Below are positions 20,395 through 31,273 of a stretch of 64,000 nt of DNA, one piece after another (position 1 is the stretch's first letter; the number at the start of each line of letters is the position of its first letter). The notes under the pieces were generated by a model, which saw nothing but the letters and a program-made list of their open reading frames with translations, had not been told where the DNA came from and did no database searches. The stretch is from an uncultured Gammaproteobacteria bacterium (GTDB taxonomy: Bacteria; Pseudomonadota; Gammaproteobacteria; JACCXJ01). The position numbers were made by a program, and so were the translations under genes. The stretch lies in contig CAVXTM010000007.1 of the NCBI GenBank assembly GCA_963764725.1, positions 1 to 64,000 of the forward strand. Direction: 5' to 3'.

Positions 20395-21099
20395 GTGCAT
20401 ACGGCGCTTAAGCCACCGCTTATCGAGCTACGTGATCTCACCAAGACTTATCACGAAGGCGGCTCCGAGCGCGTAGTCCTCCAAGGCGTGAACGCCGTCT
20501 TCGCCCAAGGGCTGTTCTTGGCCGTGACCGGGCGGAGCGGTTCGGGGAAATCGACGCTGCTTAATCTCATCAGTGGCATCGACCTCCCGACGGCAGGCGG
20601 AGTCCGGTTCGATCAGATTTGGTTGCACGCGCTCGATGATACGCAGCGCACGCTGTTTCGGCGTCGCTATATTGGATTCGTATTTCAGTTCTATAATCTT
20701 ATACCGACGCTTACGGTCGAAGAGAACCTGCTGTTACCCCTCGAGCTCAATGGGATCACGGGCCACAAGGCCCAGACCAAGGCCATGGAGTTTCTGGAAA
20801 GGCTGAACCTCGATGGGCGAGGGTCGAGCTTTCCTGATCGCCTCTCGGGCGGGGAACAGCAACGGGTCGCCATCGCCAGGGCCTTGATACACGATCCCGC
20901 CGTGATCCTGGCCGACGAGCCGACCGGTAATCTCGATCTCGAGACCGGGCGTTCCGTACTCAACCTGCTGCAACAAACGGTTCGAGAGGCCGGGAAGACC
21001 TTAATTATGGTCACGCACAGCCAAGAAATGGTGGCTGTCGCCGACCGCGTCTATCGTCTAGGGCAGGGACGGCTGACGGCATCGACATCAGCATCGTGA
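20395..21099 (+). CDS. ABC transporter ATP-binding protein (LolD/MacB type)
   Basis: [23 protein letters not shown] and [11 protein letters not shown] motifs. Confidence 0.95.
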   Translation: MHTALKPPLIELRDLTKTYHEGGSERVVLQGVNAVFAQGLFLAVTGRSGSGKSTLLNLISGIDLPTAGGVRFDQIWLHALDDTQRTLFRRRYIGFVFQFYNLIPTLTVEENLLLPLELNGITGHKAQTKAMEFLERLNLDGRGSSFPDRLSGGEQQRVAIARALIHDPAVILADEPTGNLDLETGRSVLNLLQQTVREAGKTLIMVTHSQEMVAVADRVYRLGQGRLTASTSAS

Positions 21100-23651
21100 C
21101 CTCGATATTATGGCGCGCGGGCTTACGTTTTTTGATCCGCAGCCCTTGGCAGCTCGGTCTCGCTGTGGTCGGAATCGCTTTAGGAGTGGCGGTCGTGGTC
21201 GCCATCGACATCGCTCGTACCAGCGCCGATCGCGCTTTCACGCTTTCCACCCAAGCCGTCGTCGGGAAGGCTACCCATCGCATCATCGGCGGACCTAGAG
21301 GTCTCGAGGAATCTCTTTTTACTCGATTAAAGATCAGCGCTGCAATCCGGCAAGCGGCGCCGGTATTGGAGGATCACGTGTCGCTCGCGGATTATCCGGG
21401 CGAGACGATGCAACTGCTGGGCATCGATCCGTTTTCGGAACTGAGCTTTCGTGCGCTACGGCCTGCCGATGAGAATACGGCCTCCGCGGCCGGCCTGGTC
21501 AAATTTCTTACCCAAACCGCGAGCGTGCTCATTAACCGCGCGTGCGGAACGCGCCTTGGTATCCAAATTGGAGATCACTTGGATATAACCTTGGGCACAG
21601 TGGCGTATCGGCTCAGGGTGGTCGGCTGGCTCACCGAAATCGGCGATTTAGACCAGGGGTCCTATGACGACCTGCTGGTTACCGACATTACCACGGCACA
21701 AGAGCTCTTTGGCATGGCGGGACGCCTAAGCCATATCGATCTCATCCTCGCCGGGCCGCGAACCCAGGCCGTTCTCGCGCGTATCCAGCGCTTGCTGCCT
21801 CCCGGCGCGGCCGTGATTTCCGCCCGGACCCGCGATCAGGCAGTTGCGCGAATGACACGCGCGTTTCAAGCGAACCTCCTCGCCTTGGGTCTCTTAGCCG
21901 TCATGGTCGGCGGTTTTGTGGTGTTTAACACGATGCGCTTTCTGGTCGTGCAGCAACGGGACCTGATAGGGACATTGCGAACGCTTGGGGTCAGGCGGGG
22001 GGAGGTGTTCGGATGGATTCTCGCGGAAGCGACTCTTTTGGGAACCGCTGGAACGGTCTTGGGGCTGGCCTTGGGCATAGGGATGACTGACGCGCTCGTC
22101 AAATTAATGACGAGAACGATCAATGACGTCTACTATGTGTTAGCGGTAAGGCAGTTTTCTCTCGCGACCGAAACTGTCCTGAAAGGCGTTGCCCTGGGCA
22201 TTGGAACGACGCTTATCGCGGCCGTGCTCCCCGCGTACGAGGCAACCGCGATGTTACCGAGGCTTTCCTTAGCACGCTCTCACCTGGAGATCCGAAGCCG
22301 CCGCAAAGTCGCCATCGCGGGCTGGGTTGGGATCTCGATTGCGGCTTTCGGCGCGATATCATTAGGGATCCGGAGTGGGGGCTTAGTGACGGCGTTCACG
22401 GCCTTGTTTGGCATCGTTTTTGGGAGCGCGCTGCTCACGCCAGTCCTGATGGTAGGCATCATCCATGGCGTTGGAAAACTATTGTCGCCTAGCGTCGGCA
22501 TGCTTCTGCGCATGGCGTTGCGCTCGGTCACCGCCGGGCTCAGCCGCACCGCCGTCGCCGTTGCTGCCTTGATGCTCGCAATTGCCACCACCGTGGGGAT
22601 GGGATTAATGATCAGCGATTTTCGCTTGTCGGTTTCCGATTGGCTCACTAATTTGCTGGGGGCGGATCTGTATGTCTTTATCCCCGGTCCCACGGTCAGG
22701 GCGCCTGTGTCGGCCTTAAGCCCGGAGTTGGTTCAAGGCATCAGGTCCGCGCCCGGCGTCGCGTCGGTGTCTACCACTCGCCGTATCTTTATCGAAGAAC
22801 CCGGGGAGATCACGGAACTGGTCGCTTATGAGTTGAGCTCAAAATCGCGCGCGGGGTTTCGTCTCCAGCGCGGAGATCCTGAGCATATCTGGAGGGTTTT
22901 CGACCGAGAGGACGTGGTATTGGTTTCCGAGGCTTATGCCTACCGTCATGGTTTATCGCTGGGCGATGCGATCCGATTGCGGACCGACCGGGGCCAACGG
23001 AACTTTACGCTCGCGGGTGTCTATTATCACTATGGATCCGATCAGGGACTCGTCGCGATGAGCAGACCTATCTTCGACCGTTACTGGCACGACAAAGGTG
23101 TATCTAGCGTAGGGGTCTATGCCGCACCCGGTGTCGATCAGGGGCGACTCAAAGCGCGGATCAGAGCCTTATCGGGGCCCTCGCAGATGGTCGCGGTGAA
23201 ATCAAACCGGGCTTTATTCGTGAACTCATTACGCATATTTGACCGCACGTTTGTCATCACCGAGGTTCTACAGGTGCTTGCCGGCTGCGTCGCCTTCGTT
23301 GGCATTTTTAGCGCCTTGATGGCGATGCAACTGGAGCGGGCGCACGAGCGAGGCGTGCTTCGCGCCTGCGGGGTGACGCCCAGGCAGATCGGAAGGCTCG
23401 TCATCTTGGAAACGGTCTTTATGGGTCTCATCGCCGGTATCATTGCTCTACCGGTCGGCATGATCATTGCCGTGGTGCTCGAGATGGTGGTGATTCCGCG
23501 TTCCTTCGGTTGGGTCATGACGGTACACATTGTCCCCTCGATTCTGCTTCAGGGAATGTTGATCGGTGTATTGGCGGCCGCGCTCGCGGCCCTCTATCCC
23601 GCCTGGAGAACCACGCGCGGCACGGTGGCCGATCTCAGCCGGCATGAGTGA
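21096..23651 (+). CDS. FtsX/MacB-type ABC permease, duplicated architecture
   Basis: Two repeats of TM, periplasmic domain and three TM; LRTLGV and LRACGV motifs; overlaps the ATPase stop. Confidence 0.9.
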   Translation: MTSILWRAGLRFLIRSPWQLGLAVVGIALGVAVVVAIDIARTSADRAFTLSTQAVVGKATHRIIGGPRGLEESLFTRLKISAAIRQAAPVLEDHVSLADYPGETMQLLGIDPFSELSFRALRPADENTASAAGLVKFLTQTASVLINRACGTRLGIQIGDHLDITLGTVAYRLRVVGWLTEIGDLDQGSYDDLLVTDITTAQELFGMAGRLSHIDLILAGPRTQAVLARIQRLLPPGAAVISARTRDQAVARMTRAFQANLLALGLLAVMVGGFVVFNTMRFLVVQQRDLIGTLRTLGVRRGEVFGWILAEATLLGTAGTVLGLALGIGMTDALVKLMTRTINDVYYVLAVRQFSLATETVLKGVALGIGTTLIAAVLPAYEATAMLPRLSLARSHLEIRSRRKVAIAGWVGISIAAFGAISLGIRSGGLVTAFTALFGIVFGSALLTPVLMVGIIHGVGKLLSPSVGMLLRMALRSVTAGLSRTAVAVAALMLAIATTVGMGLMISDFRLSVSDWLTNLLGADLYVFIPGPTVRAPVSALSPELVQGIRSAPGVASVSTTRRIFIEEPGEITELVAYELSSKSRAGFRLQRGDPEHIWRVFDREDVVLVSEAYAYRHGLSLGDAIRLRTDRGQRNFTLAGVYYHYGSDQGLVAMSRPIFDRYWHDKGVSSVGVYAAPGVDQGRLKARIRALSGPSQMVAVKSNRALFVNSLRIFDRTFVITEVLQVLAGCVAFVGIFSALMAMQLERAHERGVLRACGVTPRQIGRLVILETVFMGLIAGIIALPVGMIIAVVLEMVVIPRSFGWVMTVHIVPSILLQGMLIGVLAAALAALYPAWRTTRGTVADLSRHE

Positions 23652-23822
23652 GCAGTGATCCTCATGTCGCCAAGCGGCAGATCCCTGCAATAACGCTCCT
23701 TGGACATCCCACCGACCACGTCCCTTTGGAATCGATTTGAGGGCTATCTATATTCTTGGCGGGGTTACTAACGTGGCGCGACGCTGCTATCCGATTACCC
23801 TGGCTTGGTGCGAACGAAGCTC

Positions 23823-24542
23823 ATGCTGATCCCGCTCAGAGACGATCGCCACCTTCAAGCTCGCCCGCTCGTCACCTACACACTCATCGGCGTATGTAGT
23901 CTCCTATTCTTGCTGCAGCAATCATTAGAAGAGGTCGAGTCTCAGCGGCTAATTTATAGTTTCGGTATCATACCCGCGCTGCTGCTTGAACATGCGCGGC
24001 TGGCGCCCGGGCTGGTGTTCGTATCCCCCGAAGCGACGTTGTTTACATCCATGTTTTTGCACGCCGGATGGTTTCATCTCATTGGGAACATGCTTTACCT
24101 GTGGATATTCGGCGACGACGTGGAAGACTCGATGGGCCGCTTTCGCTATCTAGTTTTCTACTTGCTTTGTGGCCTCGCCGGAGCACTGAGCCATGTCGCG
24201 GCGCATCCGACGTCGGGGATACCGGTGGTCGGCGCAAGCGGGGCGGTATCCGGCGTGCTCGGCGCCTACCTGCTCTTGTATCCGCACGCGCGAATTTTAG
24301 TGCTGCTGCCGGGTCGGTTCCGCCGCCTAGTCCGATTACCCGCCTTTTTAGTGCTGGGTTTTTGGATTGTGTTTCAGTTGCTTAATACAGCGTTCGCCGG
24401 CGCCCAAGAAGGCGGAGTCGCATGGTACGCCCATATCGGCGGTTTCGTGACGGGAATGGCGCTCGTTCCACTATTTAAGCACCGAAAAGTCGGTCTGTTA
24501 CAACCTGCCCATGGTTCTCGCCGTTGGCTGAGGAAACTATGA
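23823..24542 (+). CDS. Rhomboid intramembrane serine protease
   Basis: SMFLHAGWFHLIGNM, GASGAV and AHIGG motifs. Confidence 0.95.
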   Translation: MLIPLRDDRHLQARPLVTYTLIGVCSLLFLLQQSLEEVESQRLIYSFGIIPALLLEHARLAPGLVFVSPEATLFTSMFLHAGWFHLIGNMLYLWIFGDDVEDSMGRFRYLVFYLLCGLAGALSHVAAHPTSGIPVVGASGAVSGVLGAYLLLYPHARILVLLPGRFRRLVRLPAFLVLGFWIVFQLLNTAFAGAQEGGVAWYAHIGGFVTGMALVPLFKHRKVGLLQPAHGSRRWLRKL

Positions 24543-24721
24543 CGGAATATTTGAAACGGGGAAACCCGCCTCATCTAACGTGGAACGTGCGCGATGGCAT
24601 GGATTTTTCATTCTCCTTGGCGCGGTGACTTTTTCATGGCGGGTATCGTCACCACGAGATTGAGCCGCGATCGGCCTCCGGATCCAATGGAATTCAACTG
24701 GTGACCTAGCGAGTATAGCGA

Positions 24722-26332
24722 ATGGTACGTGTCCCCGTTTTCAGCACGGTCGAATTAAAACGGTTAGTGCGGATCGACCACATTAGTTATTTATATAGAT
24801 CCGCGATAGCGGAAATTGGCGTCGGAACGCTGTTAGCAATCGTTGCGTTCTGCTCGTTTTGGGGCAGCAACACCCAGGGGATAGCGGCTTTTTGGACTGG
24901 CGCCCTGGTGTGCATTTACGCACTCCGCATTGCGCTAAGCGGTCTTTACCAACGATCGTTCACACGCGATAAAAATGAAGCGCTGTGGTTGACCGCAATT
25001 CTTTCAAGCATCGCAATAACCGGTATCGCATGGGGAGTATTCGATGTAATGATCTCCACCTACGATACTGGATATCGCCCGACCTTGATCTTGCTATGCA
25101 CAGGATGTATCGCCATGGCTATGCTTGCCATCTACTCGGGCGCATCGGATGCTGTTTATGCGTATGCAATACCAGCACTGGCGCCAACCATCGCCTACCA
25201 TATTTTCCAAGTGAAAGCAGATAATCTGGCGGTGGCCGTAGTATTGGTAATCTACACAGCGACACTGCTTATCGCTTCGCGCCGCTTGACTGAGACGCTA
25301 TTTGCATACTGGCGAGCCCGCGAAGAAGGCAGGCTTTTGCTCGATGACGTCGATAACCGCAAAGAGCAAGTAAGCACACTAAGCATCGCGCTAAAGACCC
25401 ATGCGGAAAAACAAGAACGCACGGCTTCGGAATTGCAGCGGACAACGGCTGTCTTGGAGTCATCGGAGCTAAGAGCCAGGGCCTTAGCCGGTACCTTGGT
25501 CCGCGTCTCAACCAAATGCTCCGTCACGGGTTTGCTGAATATCCGCCATTTCACGGAAATCCTCGCTACGGAATGGCCGCGCCTGATGCGTGACAAGAAA
25601 CCGCTCTCCTTGATCATGTTCGATTTTGATGATGGCGAACGGAATCGGGACTTTTACCGATCGACCCAAGGCGCTAAGTGCCTGCGGCGAATAGCCAATA
25701 TCATACGAAACTTCTCTCGACGGGCGGGCGACGTAGCAGCTCGTCACGATGGCACACGATTCAGTATCCTGCTGCCGGGAGCCGACACGGCAAGTGCAAG
25801 CCGTATCGCGGAGAGTTTGCGGCGCGAGGTGGAAACGCAAAAGGTGATTCATGCCGCTTTAGATCCGGGAGCGATCGTAACGATCCATACCGGCGTCGCG
25901 ACAGTGATCCCATCGCGGTCCCGAAACCCGAACGACTTGATTGAGTACGTCGATACCGCGCTCTATGAAGCCAGGTTTCAGGGTGGCAATCGGGTTGTAT
26001 GTTATCGAGCTTTACAAAACCTTATGCTGGAACGCTGGGACAACCGTACAGACGGACGACCGTCCGAAGAAGGTGTCGTCAAGAAACTCGCGCTTCGCGG
26101 CTACCAAGGTCACACGAATAGATATGAGCCCGATTCCAAGATTTCGGATCATTGTCCCGATATCGATTCGGTCCACGCGGTCGTGCGTGGTCGACTTCGT
26201 ATCACGCTTGACGGTCAATCCATGGTACTATGCCCTGGCGACTGCTTGTTTTTCCCGCCTGGCGCAACTTGTAGCGCCGAGGTTGCAAGTAACGAAGCCG
26301 TCTATCTATTGGAGGCGGTAAAGGCTCAATAA
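24722..26332 (+). CDS. Membrane protein with degenerate GGDEF domain and C-terminal cupin
   Basis: About six TM helices, coiled linker, GGDEF-fold motifs (TGLLN, LSLIMFDFD, ALYEAR..GGNRV) with RHDGTRF at the active site, then cupin VVRGRLRITLDG...LCPGDCLFFP. Confidence 0.8.
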   Translation: MVRVPVFSTVELKRLVRIDHISYLYRSAIAEIGVGTLLAIVAFCSFWGSNTQGIAAFWTGALVCIYALRIALSGLYQRSFTRDKNEALWLTAILSSIAITGIAWGVFDVMISTYDTGYRPTLILLCTGCIAMAMLAIYSGASDAVYAYAIPALAPTIAYHIFQVKADNLAVAVVLVIYTATLLIASRRLTETLFAYWRAREEGRLLLDDVDNRKEQVSTLSIALKTHAEKQERTASELQRTTAVLESSELRARALAGTLVRVSTKCSVTGLLNIRHFTEILATEWPRLMRDKKPLSLIMFDFDDGERNRDFYRSTQGAKCLRRIANIIRNFSRRAGDVAARHDGTRFSILLPGADTASASRIAESLRREVETQKVIHAALDPGAIVTIHTGVATVIPSRSRNPNDLIEYVDTALYEARFQGGNRVVCYRALQNLMLERWDNRTDGRPSEEGVVKKLALRGYQGHTNRYEPDSKISDHCPDIDSVHAVVRGRLRITLDGQSMVLCPGDCLFFPPGATCSAEVASNEAVYLLEAVKAQ

Positions 26333-26578
26333 CCCCCTCATCAACTTCGATTACGCCAGCGGGCAGGAAATCCCGTGGAACGCCCAAAGGGAAGGCCTAC
26401 GTTTCTCTCTCATTTACAACCGCACCGCCACGGTTCTCGCGTTCTTACCGCGAGGAGCAAATCTAAAAGCATCCAACCGCCCATTGTTAAAGGTCCAAAA
26501 ATCAGCGCCGATAGGATGCTGATGCTCGCCCCTGGACGCCATATTGGTCCCTATCTTATTCCTGGCAGGTGTACCTAA

Positions 26579-27532
26579 ATGACAGGGTCAACCGGAAAAA
26601 TCATAGCGCGCGCTGCCACCAATTACGAGGAATTGGCCGAAGCGGTGAACGGCCTTTTTACTGAATGCGACAGCGAAACCGATCAGGCACTCAACCGCGT
26701 GGAGCATTATCTGCAACAAAAAGTACGCAGCGTCCTGGACGGTGAATATCCATTAGATAGCTTACCTCTGATGCCGGCGACGGTAAGCGCACTTCTTCCC
26801 AAGCTCAACGAAGTGCCATTTACCGTCGACCGTGTTTATCCCTTCGCCATGCAAGACCCCGCGGTGGCGGCGGAAATTATTCGTTTTGCGAATGAGGGCT
26901 CGCGCAAGAGCTCCGCGCAACCGATTTCCAATCTCAATCAAGCATTAGAAGAACTTGCACCGGACACGCTAAGATCGGTATTAACAAAGGTAATGCTTCG
27001 GCCCACTATTCCAATTAAACCGATATTTGTTCAACTGATTGGCAAACCTCTGTGGGACCATGCACGTGATTGTGCGCAAGCATGTGCCGAGTTGGCATAC
27101 GAAAACCAAGTGGATGCGAATGATGCGGCCTTTATCGGACTAACCCACGACGTTGGCAAGTTGGTAATATTTAAGCTTCTATGCGTTGCGTTCCGGGCCA
27201 CCGGTTCGTCCGTTTCTCCGCGCGCCGCGGTGGTTAATCAAATCGTACGGCAATATGCGTTTAAACTGTCGCGATTTGTTGCAGAATATTGGAATTTTCC
27301 TCAGGTATATGTGCAGGCACTTGAAGATCAGGCGTCCGCCAGCGCTGCGGGTGAGATGTCGTCACTCGGACGCACTTTATACTACGGCAATCTCCTTGCC
27401 GAAGCCTATGCGGTGCTTCAGAAATACCGCTATTCCGGTCCCGACCTGGAGCAAGCGCTGCAACAGCTCGGAATGTCCTTATCTCGCGTTTACGATATAT
27501 TTCCCGCCACACCGCGACTCGCATACCGATAG
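26579..27532 (+). CDS. HDOD domain protein
   Basis: LPLMP, QDPAVAAEIIRFAN, LWDH, GLTHDVGKL and WNFP motifs. Confidence 0.88.
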   Translation: MTGSTGKIIARAATNYEELAEAVNGLFTECDSETDQALNRVEHYLQQKVRSVLDGEYPLDSLPLMPATVSALLPKLNEVPFTVDRVYPFAMQDPAVAAEIIRFANEGSRKSSAQPISNLNQALEELAPDTLRSVLTKVMLRPTIPIKPIFVQLIGKPLWDHARDCAQACAELAYENQVDANDAAFIGLTHDVGKLVIFKLLCVAFRATGSSVSPRAAVVNQIVRQYAFKLSRFVAEYWNFPQVYVQALEDQASASAAGEMSSLGRTLYYGNLLAEAYAVLQKYRYSGPDLEQALQQLGMSLSRVYDIFPATPRLAYR

Positions 27533-27599
27533 CTCCCGCGCGACTACCTAATATGACGTTTGGCGAGGGATGCCGCGAGAATCGGTGACGGAAGCTGAT

Positions 27600-28442
27600 T
27601 TAGTTTCGCAGATTGGCCTGCAGCTCAGCGCAATCTCTTACTGACCACTGAGTGCTAAACTTCTCTTTTAGCTGCTGCCGAATTGAGGGGTTCTCGCTCA
27701 CCATGGCATCGACCCAGTGCTGTTTTACAACTTTGTGGCGCGGGCGAACGCTTGGGTCAAATCCTTTTTTCCGCAGCTCTGACCGCCGTATCTCCAGCGA
27801 TCCTTCGCTGCTGTACAACCCGAGGGAGATTATCCTCTTCGAAGTCGAGTCTCTTAACAGCATATAATCTTCCACCCCTTTGCTCTTAAGATCTTCAAGA
27901 ATGGCGCGAGCGAGGCTTTCGGGCTCAGCTGGCTCTATGAATATCCAGTATCTCCTAGCAGTGATCTTCTCGTCCTGCCTAGTCCAGTTACGCGCGTTGA
28001 AATGACCAAGCCACGATGTCGCCTCGCTCGCCGCCCGTTCATCCACAAACGGCCCGACCGTAAAGCAGAAATCATGCGGTTGACCGAGCGCAGGATCCGC
28101 AGCGCGCGCGGCCTTCGATGTAGAATCGGTCTTCGCTTTTTCTTGCTCATCCGCGAGCGCCGTGACTGACGCCGTTGGCTCGGACGTACTGCTCGCTTGT
28201 CCGATGTGTGATGCTCTCGCCGTTTCGTCCCTACGCTCGGGATCCTCGCCCACGGCTGGACCAGTGCGCCCGCGAGGCGTTTGCGGCAGATCGAGTTCAC
28301 GCAATAGTTTCAGGCTTTCCACCTGTTGCGGGATGGGCTGATCATGCGTTGCTCTTTTCAAAGAGTCGCGCAGCAGCGCGTTATATTCCCAGCCAAAGTA
28401 CAGAAAGTTGGCGGTCAGGAGTACGAATACAAACCATTTCAT
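27600..28442 (-). CDS. SPOR domain protein
   Basis: MKWFVFVLLTAN signal anchor, CFTVGPF and ISLGLYS; standard position after coaX. Confidence 0.8.
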   Translation of the reverse strand: MKWFVFVLLTANFLYFGWEYNALLRDSLKRATHDQPIPQQVESLKLLRELDLPQTPRGRTGPAVGEDPERRDETARASHIGQASSTSEPTASVTALADEQEKAKTDSTSKAARAADPALGQPHDFCFTVGPFVDERAASEATSWLGHFNARNWTRQDEKITARRYWIFIEPAEPESLARAILEDLKSKGVEDYMLLRDSTSKRIISLGLYSSEGSLEIRRSELRKKGFDPSVRPRHKVVKQHWVDAMVSENPSIRQQLKEKFSTQWSVRDCAELQANLRN

Positions 28443-29179
28443 GGCTGAGAACGCCGGCCCCAAATTAGCAAGCCTTGGAGTACGAGGTTTGGAATTACGA
28501 CGAACCGATCCGATAACAGAGGTGTGATAAATCGAGCGTCGCCCCCGGTAATAATACACTGAGCGTCACGGAATCGCCGCTTGATCTCGTTAGCGACGCG
28601 GTCTATACACGCAGCGATCGCGTGAGCTGTTCCGGCCACCACTCCGTCTTGGGTGTTGTGTGCCAGGAGCGCCGCACCCCCGGCGCGCGTCTCCTCGATT
28701 GCGTAGGTGTGTGCGGCCAAAGCGCGCCGCATGATCGACAGCCCGGGTAGAACGAGTCCTCCGATGTGCTGACCGACCGGCGACAAACCGTCAACTGTCA
28801 CCGCCGTTCCACAATCCACTAGGCACGCCGGCGATGCATGGCGATGCCAAACCGCGATCAAGCCTAACCAGCGATCCACACCAAGCTGCGTAGGTTCGTC
28901 GTAACCGTTCCTCACACCGCACGCCGCCACGCTAACCGTTGCAAATTCCGGGGCGACGCGCCATCTCTCCACGGCCCATCGAGCCAGTCGCTCGGCGATA
29001 CCTTCACCGGCAACATTCGAGACGAGTAGCCGATGTGGATTCGGAAGTTTTGCCCACTCGCAATCGACTAGCCCGTTGAACGCGCTACTTGTATCGGCGC
29101 TTCCCTGGGCCAGCGTAAATCCATTCTTCCAGAACTCCCATTTGATGCGACTATTGCCAACGTCAACGACTAGCATCAA
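28439..29179 (-). CDS. coaX: Type III pantothenate kinase
   Basis: VDVGNSRIKW, LGVDRW, VDCGTAVTVD and TGGDA motifs. Confidence 0.95.
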   Translation of the reverse strand: MMLVVDVGNSRIKWEFWKNGFTLAQGSADTSSAFNGLVDCEWAKLPNPHRLLVSNVAGEGIAERLARWAVERWRVAPEFATVSVAACGVRNGYDEPTQLGVDRWLGLIAVWHRHASPACLVDCGTAVTVDGLSPVGQHIGGLVLPGLSIMRRALAAHTYAIEETRAGGAALLAHNTQDGVVAGTAHAIAACIDRVANEIKRRFRDAQCIITGGDARFITPLLSDRFVVIPNLVLQGLLIWGRRSQP

Positions 29180-30180
29180 TCGGCCGGTCTCAAACTTAAA
29201 GCACCTGCTTCAAAACGGTAAGTCGAATCCTCCACTTTCAGGGACAATGCCCCACTCGGGTCGATGCCAAAGGCGCGGCCGATCAGGCGCGCCCCGCCGC
29301 AGGATAATTGTACTTTTTGCCCATAAACGACGTCATACCGTCGAGATTCATCGTAAAACGGAGCAAATCCGAAGCGTTCGAAGATCGTGAACGCCGTATG
29401 AAGTTCGTGCAGCAGGGCCGTGGCAAGGGCATTTCGTGAAACGGCGCGCCCCAGCGCTGTCTGTATATCTGTATAAGGTTGTTCTATTTCGCGTAGTCTC
29501 CGTTGAGGAAACGCCACGTTGATACCGATCCCGGCCACGGCCGTGTGCTTCTTATGCGGCCCGACCCTGGTTTCAACGAGAATGCCGCCCAGCTTGCGGT
29601 TTTTCCACCAGATGTCATTCGGCCATTTTATCCCGACATCATCGATTCCCAGGTTTCTCAGAACGCGCACTGCGACGGTGGCCGTCGTCAACCCAAGCGA
29701 CAACAGGAGCTCGGGAGCGACCCGGAGATCCCAGGCGACGGACATACATAACCCGCTTCCAAGGGGAGCGGTCCACGCTTTCCCGCGCCGCCCTCGACCG
29801 GCGCGCTGGAACTCGGCCAGGCACACATGCCGGTGAGCATCTTCTCGGCCCGCTCTTTCTATAAGCGCCTGGTTAGTGGAATCGATCGAGAACGCTAGAT
29901 CGATGCGATGAGGGGCAGAACCAGATCGTTCTAGGGGTCTCACTATCCGATCCGCCTCGAGAAGCTCGATGGGGTGCTTTAATCTCAACCCGTCATCGCC
30001 CACAACCTCAAGTTCCACACCGTAAGAACCAAGCAAGGGGGCGAGTGTTCCTAATGGAGGTGTTTCACCGCCGAACGCTGAAGCCACACTGGCGGTGGAA
30101 TAGATATTTCCGTCCGCGAGAAGCTTTAAAAGCTGCTCATCCCGCGCCGGTTTAGGTAATAACGCCGATTCGGATGGCAC
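29176..30180 (-). CDS. birA: Biotin--[acetyl-CoA carboxylase] ligase
   Basis: DSTN, AEFQRAGRGRRG, KWPND, KLGGILVE and GIGIN motifs. Confidence 0.95.
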   Translation of the reverse strand: MPSESALLPKPARDEQLLKLLADGNIYSTASVASAFGGETPPLGTLAPLLGSYGVELEVVGDDGLRLKHPIELLEADRIVRPLERSGSAPHRIDLAFSIDSTNQALIERAGREDAHRHVCLAEFQRAGRGRRGKAWTAPLGSGLCMSVAWDLRVAPELLLSLGLTTATVAVRVLRNLGIDDVGIKWPNDIWWKNRKLGGILVETRVGPHKKHTAVAGIGINVAFPQRRLREIEQPYTDIQTALGRAVSRNALATALLHELHTAFTIFERFGFAPFYDESRRYDVVYGQKVQLSCGGARLIGRAFGIDPSGALSLKVEDSTYRFEAGALSLRPAD

Positions 30181-30216
30181 GGCAATGCTCTTAGATCGTC
30201 CCAGTCTAGGCGAATA

Positions 30217-31050
30217 TTATTCGCTATGACGCGCCACCGGACGGGAGGGATCTGAGCACCATTCGCTCCAGGAGCCCGCATAAAGCCGGCTCATCTCCAG
30301 CCCGGCGTGCTTGATCGCCAGGAGATTATGGCAGGCCGTCACACCGGAACCGCAATATACGGAGACCCGCTGTGGAGGCGTCTCTTTGAACAGCGTTGTG
30401 AATTGTAGGTGCAAGTCGTCCGCGGAGAGAAATAGACCTTCGGCATCGAGGTTGTCTTTCCACCAGCGATTTATCGCTCCGGGGATGTGGCCCGCCACGC
30501 GATCTATGGGCTCATGGTCTCCGCGATAGCGGGCGGGATCACGCGAATCCAGCAACAAGGATGCGCCGGCGAGCTCGTCGATCGTATGCAAGAGATGACG
30601 CTGAGGTGCGCCGTGAAAACCGCCCGCGGTGTTGGATTGTTCACCGGCGGTGACCGGAAAGTCCAGGGCGATCCATTGCTGCCACCCCCCGTCGAGGACG
30701 GCAACCTTGTCGTGTCCCATATAGCGGAGTAACCACCACAACCGCGCTGCGATGGAACCACCGGCGTCGTCGTAGGCCACGACCTGCGTGCTGTCTTCGA
30801 TACCCAGGTGCCCAAATAGCGTTTCCAGCGCTTGCGGGCTTGGCAAAGGATGCCGCCCGTGGTCCATCAAAGGAGGACCGCTCAAGTCGTGTTCGAGATC
30901 GGCGTACACCGCGCCCCAAATATGACTCCCACGATAGGCTATCCGCCCCGCCAGCTCGTTCGTCAGATCAAACCGGCAATCAACGATAACCCACCTGGCC
31001 GCATCGAGATGCTCCTTTAAGCGGTCACGATTAATGATCGTCTCGAACAT
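30217..31050 (-). CDS. Two-domain sulfurtransferase (rhodanese / SseA type)
   Basis: GRHPLP, ARLWW, LDGG, GHIPGA, CGSGVTAC and YAGSWSEW motifs. Confidence 0.93.
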   Translation of the reverse strand: MFETIINRDRLKEHLDAARWVIVDCRFDLTNELAGRIAYRGSHIWGAVYADLEHDLSGPPLMDHGRHPLPSPQALETLFGHLGIEDSTQVVAYDDAGGSIAARLWWLLRYMGHDKVAVLDGGWQQWIALDFPVTAGEQSNTAGGFHGAPQRHLLHTIDELAGASLLLDSRDPARYRGDHEPIDRVAGHIPGAINRWWKDNLDAEGLFLSADDLHLQFTTLFKETPPQRVSVYCGSGVTACHNLLAIKHAGLEMSRLYAGSWSEWCSDPSRPVARHSE

Positions 31051-31273
31051 AAGGCAAATCCTGCATCGACCCTCTGGCATCGGGATCCCACAAAAAGACC
31101 GTCGCGCGCAAGATGGAATCCCGCACACGCTTGAGCAGGAGAACAACCGAGATTCTATACGAAAATAGGTCGGATACGCATAGAGATCCCCCGCAAAACT
31201 TCTCGCGAGCAATCGCGCGGCCTGGTTAGCGGCCGCCCTCTTGTTGATTCAATCGTGAGAGCTTATGAATAAC

